Positions 1 through 9,134 of a DNA stretch of 64,000 bases are shown one piece after another. The DNA lies in assembly GCA_022571985.1 (NCBI GenBank), contig JACZWU010000002.1:360136-424135 (forward strand). Reading direction: 5' to 3'. Each line of letters begins with the position of its first letter. Within the stretch, counting starts at the first letter, position 1. The notes beneath the pieces were generated by a model. The model saw only the letters and a list, made by a program, of their open reading frames with translations. It had not been told where the DNA came from and made no database searches. The DNA is from Candidatus Zixiibacteriota bacterium. Lineage in GTDB: Bacteria > Zixibacteria > MSB-5A5 > GN15 > FEB-12. Both the position numbers and the translations under genes were made by a program.

Positions 1-1267
1 GCAAACTGTTGGCATCATCGGGGCAGTTATCACAGGCATCACCGATATTGTCTGAGTCTGAGTCTGCCTGGGAAGCGTTGGCAGCTACCGGACAGTTATC
101 GCAGACTGATTCTACGCCGTCGCTATCAGGGTCATCGGCGATATAACTTGAATTCTGCCTTAACTTAAAAATATAGAGTGTACCGTTTAAGTCCGAAGAA
201 AAAACCAAACTGTCTTTAGCAAACGGGTAGGTTCCCCAGATGTTGTCTGATGGAGCATCAAAAAAGGCAACTTCCTGGGGACAGCTGGGAATGCTGATAT
301 CTATAATTCTTGTACCCGAACTGTAGTGAGACAAATAAATATAGTCGCCAATAATATGAGCATTATGGGCTATTTGATTGGGACCAAGATATTCACCTAC
401 GAGTTTGACATCCTGCAAGTCCTGCATATCCCAAATTTTGACGGTTTTCCCTACTGTTTCTTCAGTAGTAATGACATGTTTTCTGTCATCGGTCGGCCAG
501 ATATTATGTACATAGCCGCCATTGGGAATTTGTACAAAAGAGATTTTGCGGGGGTTGCTTTTGTCGGAAACATCATAAATAGAAAAAGTATGCGCGCTGC
601 CCTCGGCAACGTAGACAGTATCGTTGTAAGCATACATGTCATGAATCGATGATGGGCTGAATCCGAATGAATTGACGAAAACAGGAACTTCGGGATTTGA
701 CAAGTCATGGATGTAGATATTATCGCTAAAGCCACCTTCACCTTCGAGGTAGAGGTATCCCTGGACAGTATCTATGGCCAGGTTATGTGAAGAAAAGGTG
801 CCTGCATCAGAAGTAGGAAAGATTCCGACAAGATGAGCGCTGTCAGGAAGATACTGCAGGTCAATTACTCTTAGCCCGGCGCCGCATTCTGTGACAACAT
901 AGCAGTAGTGCCCCATAGTTACCATATCCTGCCAAACGCAGCCGGTTCCAGTAACCGTATCTACTATTTGCAGAGTAGTAACATTGACGAATACAAGACC
1001 CGCAGATATTCCCATGATTGCATACTGCTGGCTGTCCGGGGCGAGATATCCCCAGCAATCGCTACCATTTCCAGAGCCAAATCGATATGCCCAGACAGAG
1101 TCCAGAATAAAGGGCAATTCGGCTTGTCCCTGTGCCTGATGTACCAGAACGGGATTATAACTTTTGGGATCAAAATTATTGATATTGTCGTTGGCAAATG
1201 TCTGTAAAGAAGTAACAAAGAAAATAGCCAGTAATACAGTCAGCAAAATAAATTTGGGTAGGTTCAA
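1..1267 (-). CDS. Secreted choice-of-anchor-B / LVIVD-repeat protein with C-terminal thrombospondin-type-3-like calcium repeats; the 3' end runs off the window
   Basis: Absent from the supplied ORF track because there is no stop inside the window. My translation of the minus strand from TTG at 1267 is open to base 1. GGAG lies ~9 nt upstream and an in-frame stop lies at 1342-1340. It gives a signal peptide (M)NLPKFILLTVLLAIFFVTSLQTFA and the motif SDCWGYLAPDSQQYAIMG. LVIVD-like blades follow (GYLYLEG..IYIHDLSNP, TVYVAEG..SIYDVSDKSNP, DYIYLSHY..RIIDISIP). The end reads DPDSDGVESVCDNCP...DSDSDNIGDACDNCPDD. Confidence 0.6.
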   Translation of the reverse strand, partial: MNLPKFILLTVLLAIFFVTSLQTFANDNINNFDPKSYNPVLVHQAQGQAELPFILDSVWAYRFGSGNGSDCWGYLAPDSQQYAIMGISAGLVFVNVTTLQIVDTVTGTGCVWQDMVTMGHYCYVVTECGAGLRVIDLQYLPDSAHLVGIFPTSDAGTFSSHNLAIDTVQGYLYLEGEGGFSDNIYIHDLSNPEVPVFVNSFGFSPSSIHDMYAYNDTVYVAEGSAHTFSIYDVSDKSNPRKISFVQIPNGGYVHNIWPTDDRKHVITTEETVGKTVKIWDMQDLQDVKLVGEYLGPNQIAHNAHIIGDYIYLSHYSSGTRIIDISIPSCPQEVAFFDAPSDNIWGTYPFAKDSLVFSSDLNGTLYIFKLRQNSSYIADDPDSDGVESVCDNCPVAANASQADSDSDNIGDACDNCPDDANSL

Positions 1268-1429
1268 AGCGAATAACTCCGGTTGGTAGTTTGCAGTAAC
1301 TTTCGGCTCCAAGTTAACTGATTTCGATATTAAGTCAAATTATCAATTTAATAAAACAGCCCTTGCGCGTCTAAACGCAAAGACTGCTTCTTAAAAAACG
1401 ATTTTTATTCTAAAAATTTAGATTGTAAC

Positions 1430-3412
1430 TTAGCAGGGACCTGCTGGGGGGCCTCCTCTGAAAATCCGATCAACTATGAATGTCAAATCCAGTATATTTG
1501 TTGAAGTGCCGTCACCGTTAAGGTCGGCTTCGTCCGGGCAACTGGCAGGGTCACCCCCTCTGAATATCCGATCAACTATGAATGTCAGGTCAAGTACATT
1601 GGCATCGTTCCCGTCACCGTTGGCGTCACCTCTATTACCGATGCAGCAGGAACCTAATTGTCCCCTGATTTCACCCGCAGGGAACGGAGTCGAGTGAATA
1701 TTGACATATAGTTCTCCCTGAAGCAGGTCTATAACATCGGCCGTTGACAGGTACCAGATATCTTCAATAGGACTGGTAGGGCCCGAAAAAGGAAATATGG
1801 GAGGACCGCTGACACATTGGAAGCCGCGGTGAATATGCGCATCAATGGGCATGGCCACGTCATGAGTTACCACAATTGTCATTTCTTTACCGCCCGGCTT
1901 AAGGGTAGTAGTAGCCTCACCGGAGGCTCCGGTATTGGTACCGGCACAGTCGTTGGCCAGAGTGTCACTCAGGTCAAAACTATATTGTACTAGTTTCTTT
2001 TCGATTTGTCCCCGGATTTCACCAGTCGGAAATTCATCAGAATGAATATTGACGTAGAATAAAGAATCAAGCAGGTTGGAAACATCCGTAAACGTAAGGC
2101 TGTTCCAGGTATCTATGATCGGGCTGGTAAAGCCGGATAATGGAAAAACGATAGGACCTGCTACAGCAGGCAGTCCAATATGAATGTGCGCATCATTTGG
2201 ATTTGCTACGTCGTGTTCCACATATATATCCAGGTTTCTTTGATCAGCACTCAAAGTTAAGACACCGAAACCCGTAGCAGGGCTGCCGCCTCCACCATAT
2301 GATGAACTTCTGGAGAGCTGAGCAATCAAAGAGATTTCCTGTCTTTCAATCTGTCCTCTGATTTCTCCAGTTGGATCCAAGTCAGAGTGTATGTTAATAT
2401 AAAGGTCGCCCAGAAACAGGTCTTTGATATCGTTAGTGTCCAATGCCCATAACTCACTTATCGGGCTGTTGGCGTTGGTAAACGGGAAGATAAAAGGTCC
2501 GGCTATCCCGATTGCTCCCTTATGGATGTGACCGTCATTAGTGGTTTCCACATCATGGGTAACTTCTACAGAGAGCTCTAATCCATCGCTGCTCAGTGTT
2601 ACTACTGCGCAGCCGTTGGCAAAACTTCCGGTACCGGTGCCGGCAGCAGCTTGTGCTTCATCTAAGGTGTGCACGAAGCGAATTGGCTCGGGTATAATTT
2701 GCCCGCGGAGTTCACCTGCGGGGAAAGCTGAAGAATGGATGTTGACATAGAGACTTCCTGCGAAAAGAGCATTTACATCTGCTAATGACAGCGCCCAGCC
2801 TTCGCTGATAGGGCTGGTTGGTGACGAGAACGGGAAAACGATTCCTCCTGTTACGCAGGATACGGCTTTATGTATATGGGCGCCGGTTACAGATGCCACA
2901 TCGTGAGTCACAAAAAACGACAGATTGGAAGAATCCGGGCTCAATATAGCCAGCCCAAAACCACTGGCACCGGTGCCGGTACCAGCGCAGTCAGCCGCAA
3001 ACTCGTCATCAAGGATGAACGGAAACAGGGTCGGATCAGGTGCAGGTGGTGGAGGAGCCATAAATATGGTGTCCTTCATACTAAATGGGTGGACATTACA
3101 AACATAAGGGAAAGGACCCGGACCATCGTGGGCAGTGAAAACGACGTCAAATGGCGCCCCGGAAAGTATTCCTGAATCCCAAAACTTGGGTGCGCCGACA
3201 ACAGAAGACGTCGTATGAATTCCGGACACCAGGGTCCACCTGACAGTATCACCGGGATTGACAACAGTTTTAGCCGGCCCAATTGGGTTGAAAAAGAAAC
3301 TTCCCACGTCAATATCGTGGACTGTAGCATTCAGCGGTCCGACTGCCAGCAGCACTATTAAAACTGCTAAGGAAAAAGTGAGGGCGTTTTGAATTTGAGC
3401 TGTTTTTTTCAT
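1430..3412 (-). CDS. Secreted cupredoxin (type-1 copper site) + 4 tandem CHRD domains + C-terminal dockerin-like tag
   Basis: The ORF track gives 1430..3445. The start is more likely the second Met (MKKTAQIQ..., ATG at 3412), which gives a normal signal peptide. The cupredoxin ligand pattern is H(GIHTTS)...YVCNVHPFSM. There are four ~110-aa repeats with xHIH(K/I/R)G...GP(I/F)VFP...LYVNIHSxxFPxGE(I/L)RGQ(I/L), the CHRD signature. The terminal sequence is CCIGNRGDANGDG... Confidence 0.75.
   Translation of the reverse strand: MKKTAQIQNALTFSLAVLIVLLAVGPLNATVHDIDVGSFFFNPIGPAKTVVNPGDTVRWTLVSGIHTTSSVVGAPKFWDSGILSGAPFDVVFTAHDGPGPFPYVCNVHPFSMKDTIFMAPPPPAPDPTLFPFILDDEFAADCAGTGTGASGFGLAILSPDSSNLSFFVTHDVASVTGAHIHKAVSCVTGGIVFPFSSPTSPISEGWALSLADVNALFAGSLYVNIHSSAFPAGELRGQIIPEPIRFVHTLDEAQAAAGTGTGSFANGCAVVTLSSDGLELSVEVTHDVETTNDGHIHKGAIGIAGPFIFPFTNANSPISELWALDTNDIKDLFLGDLYINIHSDLDPTGEIRGQIERQEISLIAQLSRSSSYGGGGSPATGFGVLTLSADQRNLDIYVEHDVANPNDAHIHIGLPAVAGPIVFPLSGFTSPIIDTWNSLTFTDVSNLLDSLFYVNIHSDEFPTGEIRGQIEKKLVQYSFDLSDTLANDCAGTNTGASGEATTTLKPGGKEMTIVVTHDVAMPIDAHIHRGFQCVSGPPIFPFSGPTSPIEDIWYLSTADVIDLLQGELYVNIHSTPFPAGEIRGQLGSCCIGNRGDANGDGNDANVLDLTFIVDRIFRGGDPASCPDEADLNGDGTSTNILDLTFIVDRIFRGGPPAGPC
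1433..1648 (-). repeat. Dockerin-like C-terminal tag, copy 1
   Basis: CCIGNRGDANGDGNDANVLDLTFIVDRIFRGGDPASCPDEADLNGDGTSTNILDLTFIVDRIFRGGPPAGPC* (two DxNxDG loops plus helices, four conserved Cys). Confidence 0.7.
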
Positions 3413-3578
3413 TTCCAACCCTTTCTTTGATATGTAAATTAGCAAAAATTACCAATCGAGCAGTGAGGCAGTACTCATTGAATAAATTCTATCCCAAGAT
3501 AATTGATTTCTTAATCTATGCAACACCGAAATTTGTAATATCCCGTTATTTGCTCTCTATCAGGCCCAAAAAGCCTTT

Positions 3579-4517
3579 TTAAGGGCATGAATCGGGTACG
3601 GCTCCTCCTCTGTAAATTAAGTCTATAATGAAAGTTAGGTCGAGTATTGTAGATATCTTCCCGTCGTTATTTATATCCGCTTCTTCCGGGCAGGGAGAAG
3701 CCGGCCCGCCTCGAAACATATTATCAACCAGATAATCCAAATCGATGACTTTTGCGTTGTCACCGTCACCGTTAAAATCTCCGCGCAGCCCTATGCAACA
3801 GGGAGGCGGGAGATAGGTGACAGCAAGATTCGGCCAGCTGGTTTCACTTGTATCCTGTTTAGAAGAGAACCTTTTGGCTGTAATACTGTCAGACTCATTT
3901 CCAATCAAAATCCAGCCGAAATTATTGCCTGGGTTATCCAGCCAGTCCTGAATATCAGCGATCATTTGAGACGTTGAACCAAAATTATAAAAGGCAATCC
4001 CGCCGACTGTAGTCGAGGCACTGGCTGAAGGATTAAAATCTCCACCGGCAGCAGTCCAAAGGATTGAATTATAAAATCGGTGCAGCCAGGTAGCATCGTT
4101 AGTCGTGGCAGGGGCTCCCATTCCTTCATTGAAAAGTGCATCTGATGTCCCCTCACCCCAATCGGCGGTAAGTTTATGCAATGAGACAGTCTGGTCTCCT
4201 GAAATAGTTTTGTTCATTGAAAGGGTCAAAGTAACTGACTGGATAGTCGCTCCGGCGGGTATGTTGCTGGCAATATTAAATGCAATTAATCCTCGTCTAA
4301 TCTTAAAGCCGCCTCCCGCACCGGTTCTTCCAGCGAAAAAATACTGCCCCAATCCATTGCTTAAAGAATCAGGTACTGATTCATACAGCGTGTTGTCTTT
4401 GGCAGCACCAATTTGCACTTGGACTGATTCAGAAGCGTACCCCGTAAAGGAAAATGCAAGAAAAGTCAGCAGGGATAGAAAAGTCAATTTTAGTTTGTAA
4501 AATAGAGCATTTGTCAT
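3579..4517 (-). CDS. Secreted protein: one DNRLRE-like (disaggregatase-related) domain + dockerin-like tag
   Basis: Signal peptide LTFLAFSFTGYA. AKDNTLYES...IRRGLIAFNIASNIPAGATIQSVTLTLSMN...LHKLTADWGEG resembles the DNRLRE-domain pattern (DNxLxE ... R.LL.FD.S.IP.GA.I.SA.L.L). The C-terminus is CCIGLRGDFNGDG... Confidence 0.6.
   Translation of the reverse strand: MTNALFYKLKLTFLSLLTFLAFSFTGYASESVQVQIGAAKDNTLYESVPDSLSNGLGQYFFAGRTGAGGGFKIRRGLIAFNIASNIPAGATIQSVTLTLSMNKTISGDQTVSLHKLTADWGEGTSDALFNEGMGAPATTNDATWLHRFYNSILWTAAGGDFNPSASASTTVGGIAFYNFGSTSQMIADIQDWLDNPGNNFGWILIGNESDSITAKRFSSKQDTSETSWPNLAVTYLPPPCCIGLRGDFNGDGDNAKVIDLDYLVDNMFRGGPASPCPEEADINNDGKISTILDLTFIIDLIYRGGAVPDSCP
3582..3800 (-). repeat. 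Dockerin-like C-terminal tag, copy 2
   Basis: CCIGLRGDFNGDGDNAKVIDLDYLVDNMFRGGPASPCPEEADINNDGKISTILDLTFIIDLIYRGGAVPDSCP*. Confidence 0.7.
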
Positions 4518-4775
4518 CAGTAAAATCTTCTGTTTATCTCAAGAGAAATCTGGAAATACCTGATTTATTAGGTATCTTAATTTGCTGAACAATTTGGCTT
4601 ATCAATTGTTCCCCATACGGCTATCTTATAGCTAATTCTATGCCAAAATCTTCAATTATTGTCACCCGATTGTCATTCAAAAATTTTGTCTAAGATAAAT
4701 GACAACTCGACCTGTCCCAGAACCTGCACGTCCTGCGAAATCTAGTGACATCTCTAATCTTCAAAGAATACTATA

Positions 4776-6323
4776 TCAGCAAGGATCAGAGGCCGGTCCG
4801 CCTCTGAAGATGAAATCTACTAAGAAAGTCAAATCAAGAATATTTGCATCGTGTCCATCGTTGTTCACATCGGCTTCTTTCTCACAAACCGGACGTGGAC
4901 CACCTCTGAAGATGCGATCGACCATAAATGTCAAGTCCAAAATGTTTGCGTCCTTTCCGTCATTGTTGAAATCTCCACGATTACCAATACAGCACTCTCC
5001 AAGAAGAAGGGTTATTGTAAGAAGAGGCCCACGTGTGATTAGGTTTTCGCTGGAACCAAAACGTTTGGCGCTCCCGGCAGCGCTCTCATCGCCGATAACT
5101 ATCCAGCCGAAGTCTGATGCCGGGTTGTCATACCAGTCTTTAACATCAGCAACCATTTGAGGTGTAGAGGGGAATGTATAAGTTCCCAAAGTACTGCCTA
5201 TCAAGGTTGAGGAGCTTATAGTAGGAGAAAAGTCACCTCCTGGATTCGACCAGAATATTGAATTAAAAAAAGTGTGGAGCCAGGTTGCATCATTTGCTGC
5301 CGAAACTGCGCCGCCACCTTCTTCAAAGAGGGCATCCGAAGATCCTTCTCCCCAATCCGAAGTCAGTTTATGTAGATCAAAGTTAAAAGTGCCAAGCCTT
5401 GATTTATTTAATGTGAGATTGAGTTCTGCACTTAGAATAGTAGCATTGGGCGGGATAACTGAGGCGACATCAAATGCCACAACACAGCGCCTGAGATCAT
5501 TTGTGATTTGTAAAGTACGGCTTGCAAAGAGGTGTTCTCCGGAACCATTACTCAAGGCCCCAGTGGAATCTTGATACAAGGTATTATCCCTAACCGCCCC
5601 AAAATCTCCGCCACCAAGAACAGCATAAGAAACTCTGAGAATGGGCTTGTTAGCATTTGTAGGGTTTTCACGTGTGTCAAATCTCTTAGAGGTTCCGCCG
5701 ACTGTTTCGTCACCCAGCATGATCCAGCCATAATTTGGGTTTGTACCGTCAAGCCAGTTTTGTACGTCGGCTACTATTACCGAATTAGATTGAAATGTGT
5801 AGAATGCGATGCCGTCAACTACTCTGGCCGAACTTACCGAAGCATCAAAATCTCCTCCGGCTGAAGACCAAAGAGTGCTTGAAAAATAAGAATGAATCCA
5901 GGTCGCGTCGAATGCTTCTGATGGAGCTCCACCACCCTCGGAACCCGGGGCATCAGAATTGCCTTCACCCCAGTCAGTTACAACTCTGTGCAATTCAATA
6001 TTTGACGCGCCAGGGTTTGCATTTGAGAGAAAGACTATTAACTCGGCACTTATAATTACTACACCTGAAGGAACATTTGAATCAATATCAAAACGCAGCA
6101 ATCCTCTACGAATGCTGGTTCCCGGGGTCTGCGAAGTCCTGCCGACAAAAAAATGGTCCCCTGCTCCATTGCTGAGATCTCCCGTAGCGCTTTCGTAAAG
6201 AGTATTGTCCCTATCACATGGAATATCTACTGTACCTTGAGCTGAGATAGATCCGCAGGCAGCAATAACAAGAACAGCTGAAATTAATGTAACAATACTA
6301 TTGAATTGAATAGTGTAGTTCAT
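4776..6323 (-). CDS. Secreted protein: two tandem DNRLRE-like domains + dockerin-like tag (paralog of 3579..4517)
   Basis: Signal peptide, then two copies of the module: DRDNTLYES...RRGLLRFDIDSNVPSGVVIISAEL...LHRVVTDWGEG and VRDNTLYQD...RRCVVAFDVASVIPPNATILSAEL...LHKLTSDWGEG. The C-terminus is CCIGNRGDFNNDG... Confidence 0.6.
   Translation of the reverse strand: MNYTIQFNSIVTLISAVLVIAACGSISAQGTVDIPCDRDNTLYESATGDLSNGAGDHFFVGRTSQTPGTSIRRGLLRFDIDSNVPSGVVIISAELIVFLSNANPGASNIELHRVVTDWGEGNSDAPGSEGGGAPSEAFDATWIHSYFSSTLWSSAGGDFDASVSSARVVDGIAFYTFQSNSVIVADVQNWLDGTNPNYGWIMLGDETVGGTSKRFDTRENPTNANKPILRVSYAVLGGGDFGAVRDNTLYQDSTGALSNGSGEHLFASRTLQITNDLRRCVVAFDVASVIPPNATILSAELNLTLNKSRLGTFNFDLHKLTSDWGEGSSDALFEEGGGAVSAANDATWLHTFFNSIFWSNPGGDFSPTISSSTLIGSTLGTYTFPSTPQMVADVKDWYDNPASDFGWIVIGDESAAGSAKRFGSSENLITRGPLLTITLLLGECCIGNRGDFNNDGKDANILDLTFMVDRIFRGGPRPVCEKEADVNNDGHDANILDLTFLVDFIFRGGPASDPC
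4779..4994 (-). repeat. Dockerin-like C-terminal tag, copy 3
   Basis: CCIGNRGDFNNDGKDANILDLTFMVDRIFRGGPRPVCEKEADVNNDGHDANILDLTFLVDFIFRGGPASDPC*. Confidence 0.7.
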
Positions 6324-6642
6324 CTTAACCCTCTTTGGTTATAGCGGTAAAAGTTGAGATTAATTCTTGTCTTAGTACTATTGAAAGCGAGGTAGTACCT
6401 AATTATCTAACTCAACAAATATACAATTAAGCAAAATTTATGCAATAGTTTTGAAATTATATCATCATAAACGAGAAATTTGTATTGCTCAATTGATGAA
6501 CAAAATAGGCGGCCATAAACAGCAATTTGTTCTTAGGCAAGGCCTTATGAGCCGCAGTTACGCGATTCAATAGTTCATTTATGTTAGAATTTCACCGATA
6601 TATAGATAGAGATAATCTATTATCGAAAAAGGAGCAATTCAC

Positions 6643-8166
6643 ATGTCTATTTTAGCCAGAAAATGCATATTTTCATTCATTCTTATATTGTTGGTTTCAG
6701 GCAGTGCAGAAGCTGGAACTAACGCTTTCAATAACCTTTCGCAGCTTATGGATTCTGCCAGGGTAGTTGGCGGTTCTACTTTTGCACCCAAGGCGATGAA
6801 AAAGTCTGAACAAGAATTCATGAAAGCGCGGAAAGCGGTACAATCTAACCGTAACCAAAAGACCATAAACAAGCATGTTGCCAAAGCGGCTGAGTTTGCA
6901 GAACACGCAATCAAGACAACCGAAGTAGCCAAGCTGACCCTCAAAGAATATCTGCAGCCCAGAGAAAAAGCGATTGCCGCCAGAGCTTCATCGCTGGTTT
7001 CTGAACTGTACTTTAAGGCAGAAACTCAGTTTATAAAAGCTACTGCAAAAGTAGAAAAAGGAGATGTCAAAGGCGGGCTAAAAGAAGCGGCCAAATCTTC
7101 TATGCTCTACGATAAGGCAGAAATAGAGGCTATCAGAAAAGCAATTTTAGGCAGCGCCGATGCCCAGATTGCAAAAGCCAAGCAAGACGGAGCCGACAAA
7201 TTTGCTTTAAGCACTTTTGATAAGGCCAAAACTGCCAGAGCAAAGGCAAACGTTATAATTTCAAATGACCGCTATGACAAAGAAACTGCCATAGCCGAGG
7301 CCAAGCGAAGCGAGTATGAAGCACGTCACGCCTCAAATATCGCTCTTTCAGTCAGGGCCTTAAACCGTAATGACCAGGCCTGGGAAAAACTGATGCTCAT
7401 TTATGAAATACAGATGAACAGAATCGGAGCATCAATCGGGGCAGTACATTTGCCGTTTGATAATGGTCCCATGGCCGCCGCCGACAGCCTGATTCATTAT
7501 ATAAATGCTATGCAGACAGATAACGATTTTCTGACCCGATGGCTTTCGGCAATGGTAACGAAATTCGGTGATGAGCCGGAAGTTGCCAGTTCCGAGCGCT
7601 TGGTTGCCCAGCTGGATTCACACTTTGACAAACTTTTGTCAAAACATGAAAAAGTTTCAAGCGAGCTGAAACGCAAACGGAAGAAACTGAGCAGCCTTGA
7701 GAGCGAACATCAAAATGTAACCGCTGAGCTGAGTGAAAGACAAAAGCACGATGAAAAGTACAGAAAAGCCAGGTCGCTCATTAGTCCATCCGAAGGTGAG
7801 GTTTTATTTAATGCCTCGAATGACATAGTCTTGCGCTTAAGCGGAATTTCTTTTGACATTGGCAAAGCATATCTGAAAGATTCGCATGTGCCGCTTCTGG
7901 AAAAAGTAAATGAAATCATCAAAATGTTTCCGGAGGCAAAGCTTATGGTTGAAGGTCATACAGATGCGACCGGCAACGGCAGCACGAACATGCTGCTTTC
8001 TGAAAAAAGAGCCTACGCCATTATGCAGTACCTGAGGCAATCTTTGATGATTTCTGCAGGAAGAATCCACTCGATGGGGTTTGGCTCAGACAAGCCGGTG
8101 GCCTCTAATAAAACAAAAGACGGGCGCGCCAAAAACCGCCGTATTGATATCATCATAATGCAGTAA
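6643..8166 (+). CDS. OmpA-family peptidoglycan-binding protein with long coiled-coil / DUF4398-like N-terminal region
   Basis: Signal peptide ILILLVSGSAEA. The C-terminal OmpA_C motif is FDIGKAYLK...LMVEGHTDATGNGSTNMLLSEKRAYAIMQYL...GFGSDKPVASNKTKDGRAKNRRIDIII. Confidence 0.85.
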   Translation: MSILARKCIFSFILILLVSGSAEAGTNAFNNLSQLMDSARVVGGSTFAPKAMKKSEQEFMKARKAVQSNRNQKTINKHVAKAAEFAEHAIKTTEVAKLTLKEYLQPREKAIAARASSLVSELYFKAETQFIKATAKVEKGDVKGGLKEAAKSSMLYDKAEIEAIRKAILGSADAQIAKAKQDGADKFALSTFDKAKTARAKANVIISNDRYDKETAIAEAKRSEYEARHASNIALSVRALNRNDQAWEKLMLIYEIQMNRIGASIGAVHLPFDNGPMAAADSLIHYINAMQTDNDFLTRWLSAMVTKFGDEPEVASSERLVAQLDSHFDKLLSKHEKVSSELKRKRKKLSSLESEHQNVTAELSERQKHDEKYRKARSLISPSEGEVLFNASNDIVLRLSGISFDIGKAYLKDSHVPLLEKVNEIIKMFPEAKLMVEGHTDATGNGSTNMLLSEKRAYAIMQYLRQSLMISAGRIHSMGFGSDKPVASNKTKDGRAKNRRIDIIIMQ

Positions 8167-8198
8167 ATTACTGCATTATGTCAGCAATTTCTATTTAG

Positions 8199-8236
8199 CA
8201 GGAGGTGAAGTTTTTTCACCTCCTGAATTTGTTTCC
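8199..8236 (+). terminator. Rho-independent terminator after the OmpA-family gene
   Basis: Perfect 11-bp stem: caggaggtgaa (8199-8209), loop gtttt, ttcacctcctg (8215-8225). It is followed by aatttgtttcc. Confidence 0.6.
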
Positions 8237-8346
8237 ACAATAGAATATCGAAGGTTTAGCCAACTTTAAGCTGGCTCAACCTTCTCTTTTATGAAGAATC
8301 ATCAGGTTGTCGCAGCAAAGTAGAGCTTGACAATACTACTAGTAGT

Positions 8347-8378
8347 CATATGATTGCTGGTCGGACGGCAATCATATT
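8347..8378. promoter_or_regulatory. Inverted repeat (candidate operator) ~100 nt upstream of the peroxiredoxin gene
   Basis: ATATGATTGC (8348-8357), a 10-nt spacer, then GCAATCATAT (8368-8377). This is a perfect 10-bp palindrome arm pair located between a TTGACA-like box (~8328) and the gene start. Confidence 0.35.
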
Positions 8379-8474
8379 GCAATGGATGCTGGCGTGAATA
8401 TTGACACAAAATGCTTAATGTTTAAATATATAATCGCAATAGGAATGATTAATTGAAGGCAAGAGGAGGAAATT

Positions 8475-9113
8475 ATGTCCTTAAATTTGGGTAGTACTGC
8501 TCCTGACTTTGTTCAGGAAAGTACCGAAGGAACGATCAATTTTCACGAATGGCTCGGGGATTCATGGGGGATTTTGTTTTCGCATCCGGCAGATTTTACG
8601 CCGGTCTGCACGACCGAACTGGGTGCCGCCTCAAAACTCAAGAGTGAGTTTGAAAAAAGAAATGTCAAAATCATAGCATTATCGGTTGACTCGTTAGATT
8701 CTCATAAAAAATGGATTGAAGATATTAACCAGACTCAAGATACAACCGTGAACTTTCCGCTTATAGCAGACGCTGACAAAAAAGTCGCCACCTTATACGG
8801 CATGCTCCATCCGGAAGCAAGTGAAACAGTTACTGTGCGTTCGGTATTTGTCATTGATCCTGATAAAAAGGTTCGATTGACACTTACTTATCCAGCGCCA
8901 ACCGGGCGTAATTTTAACGAAATTCTGCGGGTTATAGATTCGCTGCAGCTGACTTCGTATCATCAGGTGGCTACCCCCGCCAACTGGAAACAAGGCGGTG
9001 ACTGCGTGATTCTTCCGTCGATTACTGATCCTGATGAATTGAAGCAGAAATTTCCCAAAGGCTGGAAAGAAGAACGTCCATATCTGCGCATAACACCGCA
9101 GCCAGACATCTAA
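8475..9113 (+). CDS. 1-Cys peroxiredoxin (Prx6 subfamily)
   Basis: GDSWGILFSHPADFTPVCTTELG is the peroxidatic Cys motif typical of 1-Cys Prx. The ~212-aa length fits, and AGGAGGA lies 6 nt upstream of the ATG. Confidence 0.9.
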   Translation: MSLNLGSTAPDFVQESTEGTINFHEWLGDSWGILFSHPADFTPVCTTELGAASKLKSEFEKRNVKIIALSVDSLDSHKKWIEDINQTQDTTVNFPLIADADKKVATLYGMLHPEASETVTVRSVFVIDPDKKVRLTLTYPAPTGRNFNEILRVIDSLQLTSYHQVATPANWKQGGDCVILPSITDPDELKQKFPKGWKEERPYLRITPQPDI

Positions 9114-9134
9114 TAAATTTTTGCGATCTAAAAT

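Noticed and set aside
326-1218. Five short ORFs from the track (326..652+, 451..741-, 861..1058-, 908..1207+, 964..1218-).
   Set aside because: All lie inside, or out of frame with, the 422-codon open minus-strand frame, which encodes a coherent secreted protein. None shows a recognisable motif.
1433-1648. The RGD tripeptide conserved in five of the six tags, as a possible integrin-binding motif.
   Set aside because: The D is the first calcium-ligand position of the DxNxDG loop, and the R-G precede it as part of the module. Its conservation is explained by the fold. There is no evidence of host association.
1476-1697. The plus-strand ORF (73 aa) and its look-alikes at 4699..5160 and 16790..17035 all encode similar peptides (..PPLKMRSTMNVKSxIFAS.PSP..).
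   Set aside because: They are the antisense reading of the repeated dockerin-like tag. Their mutual similarity is a mirror image of the real minus-strand repeat, so they are not a gene family.
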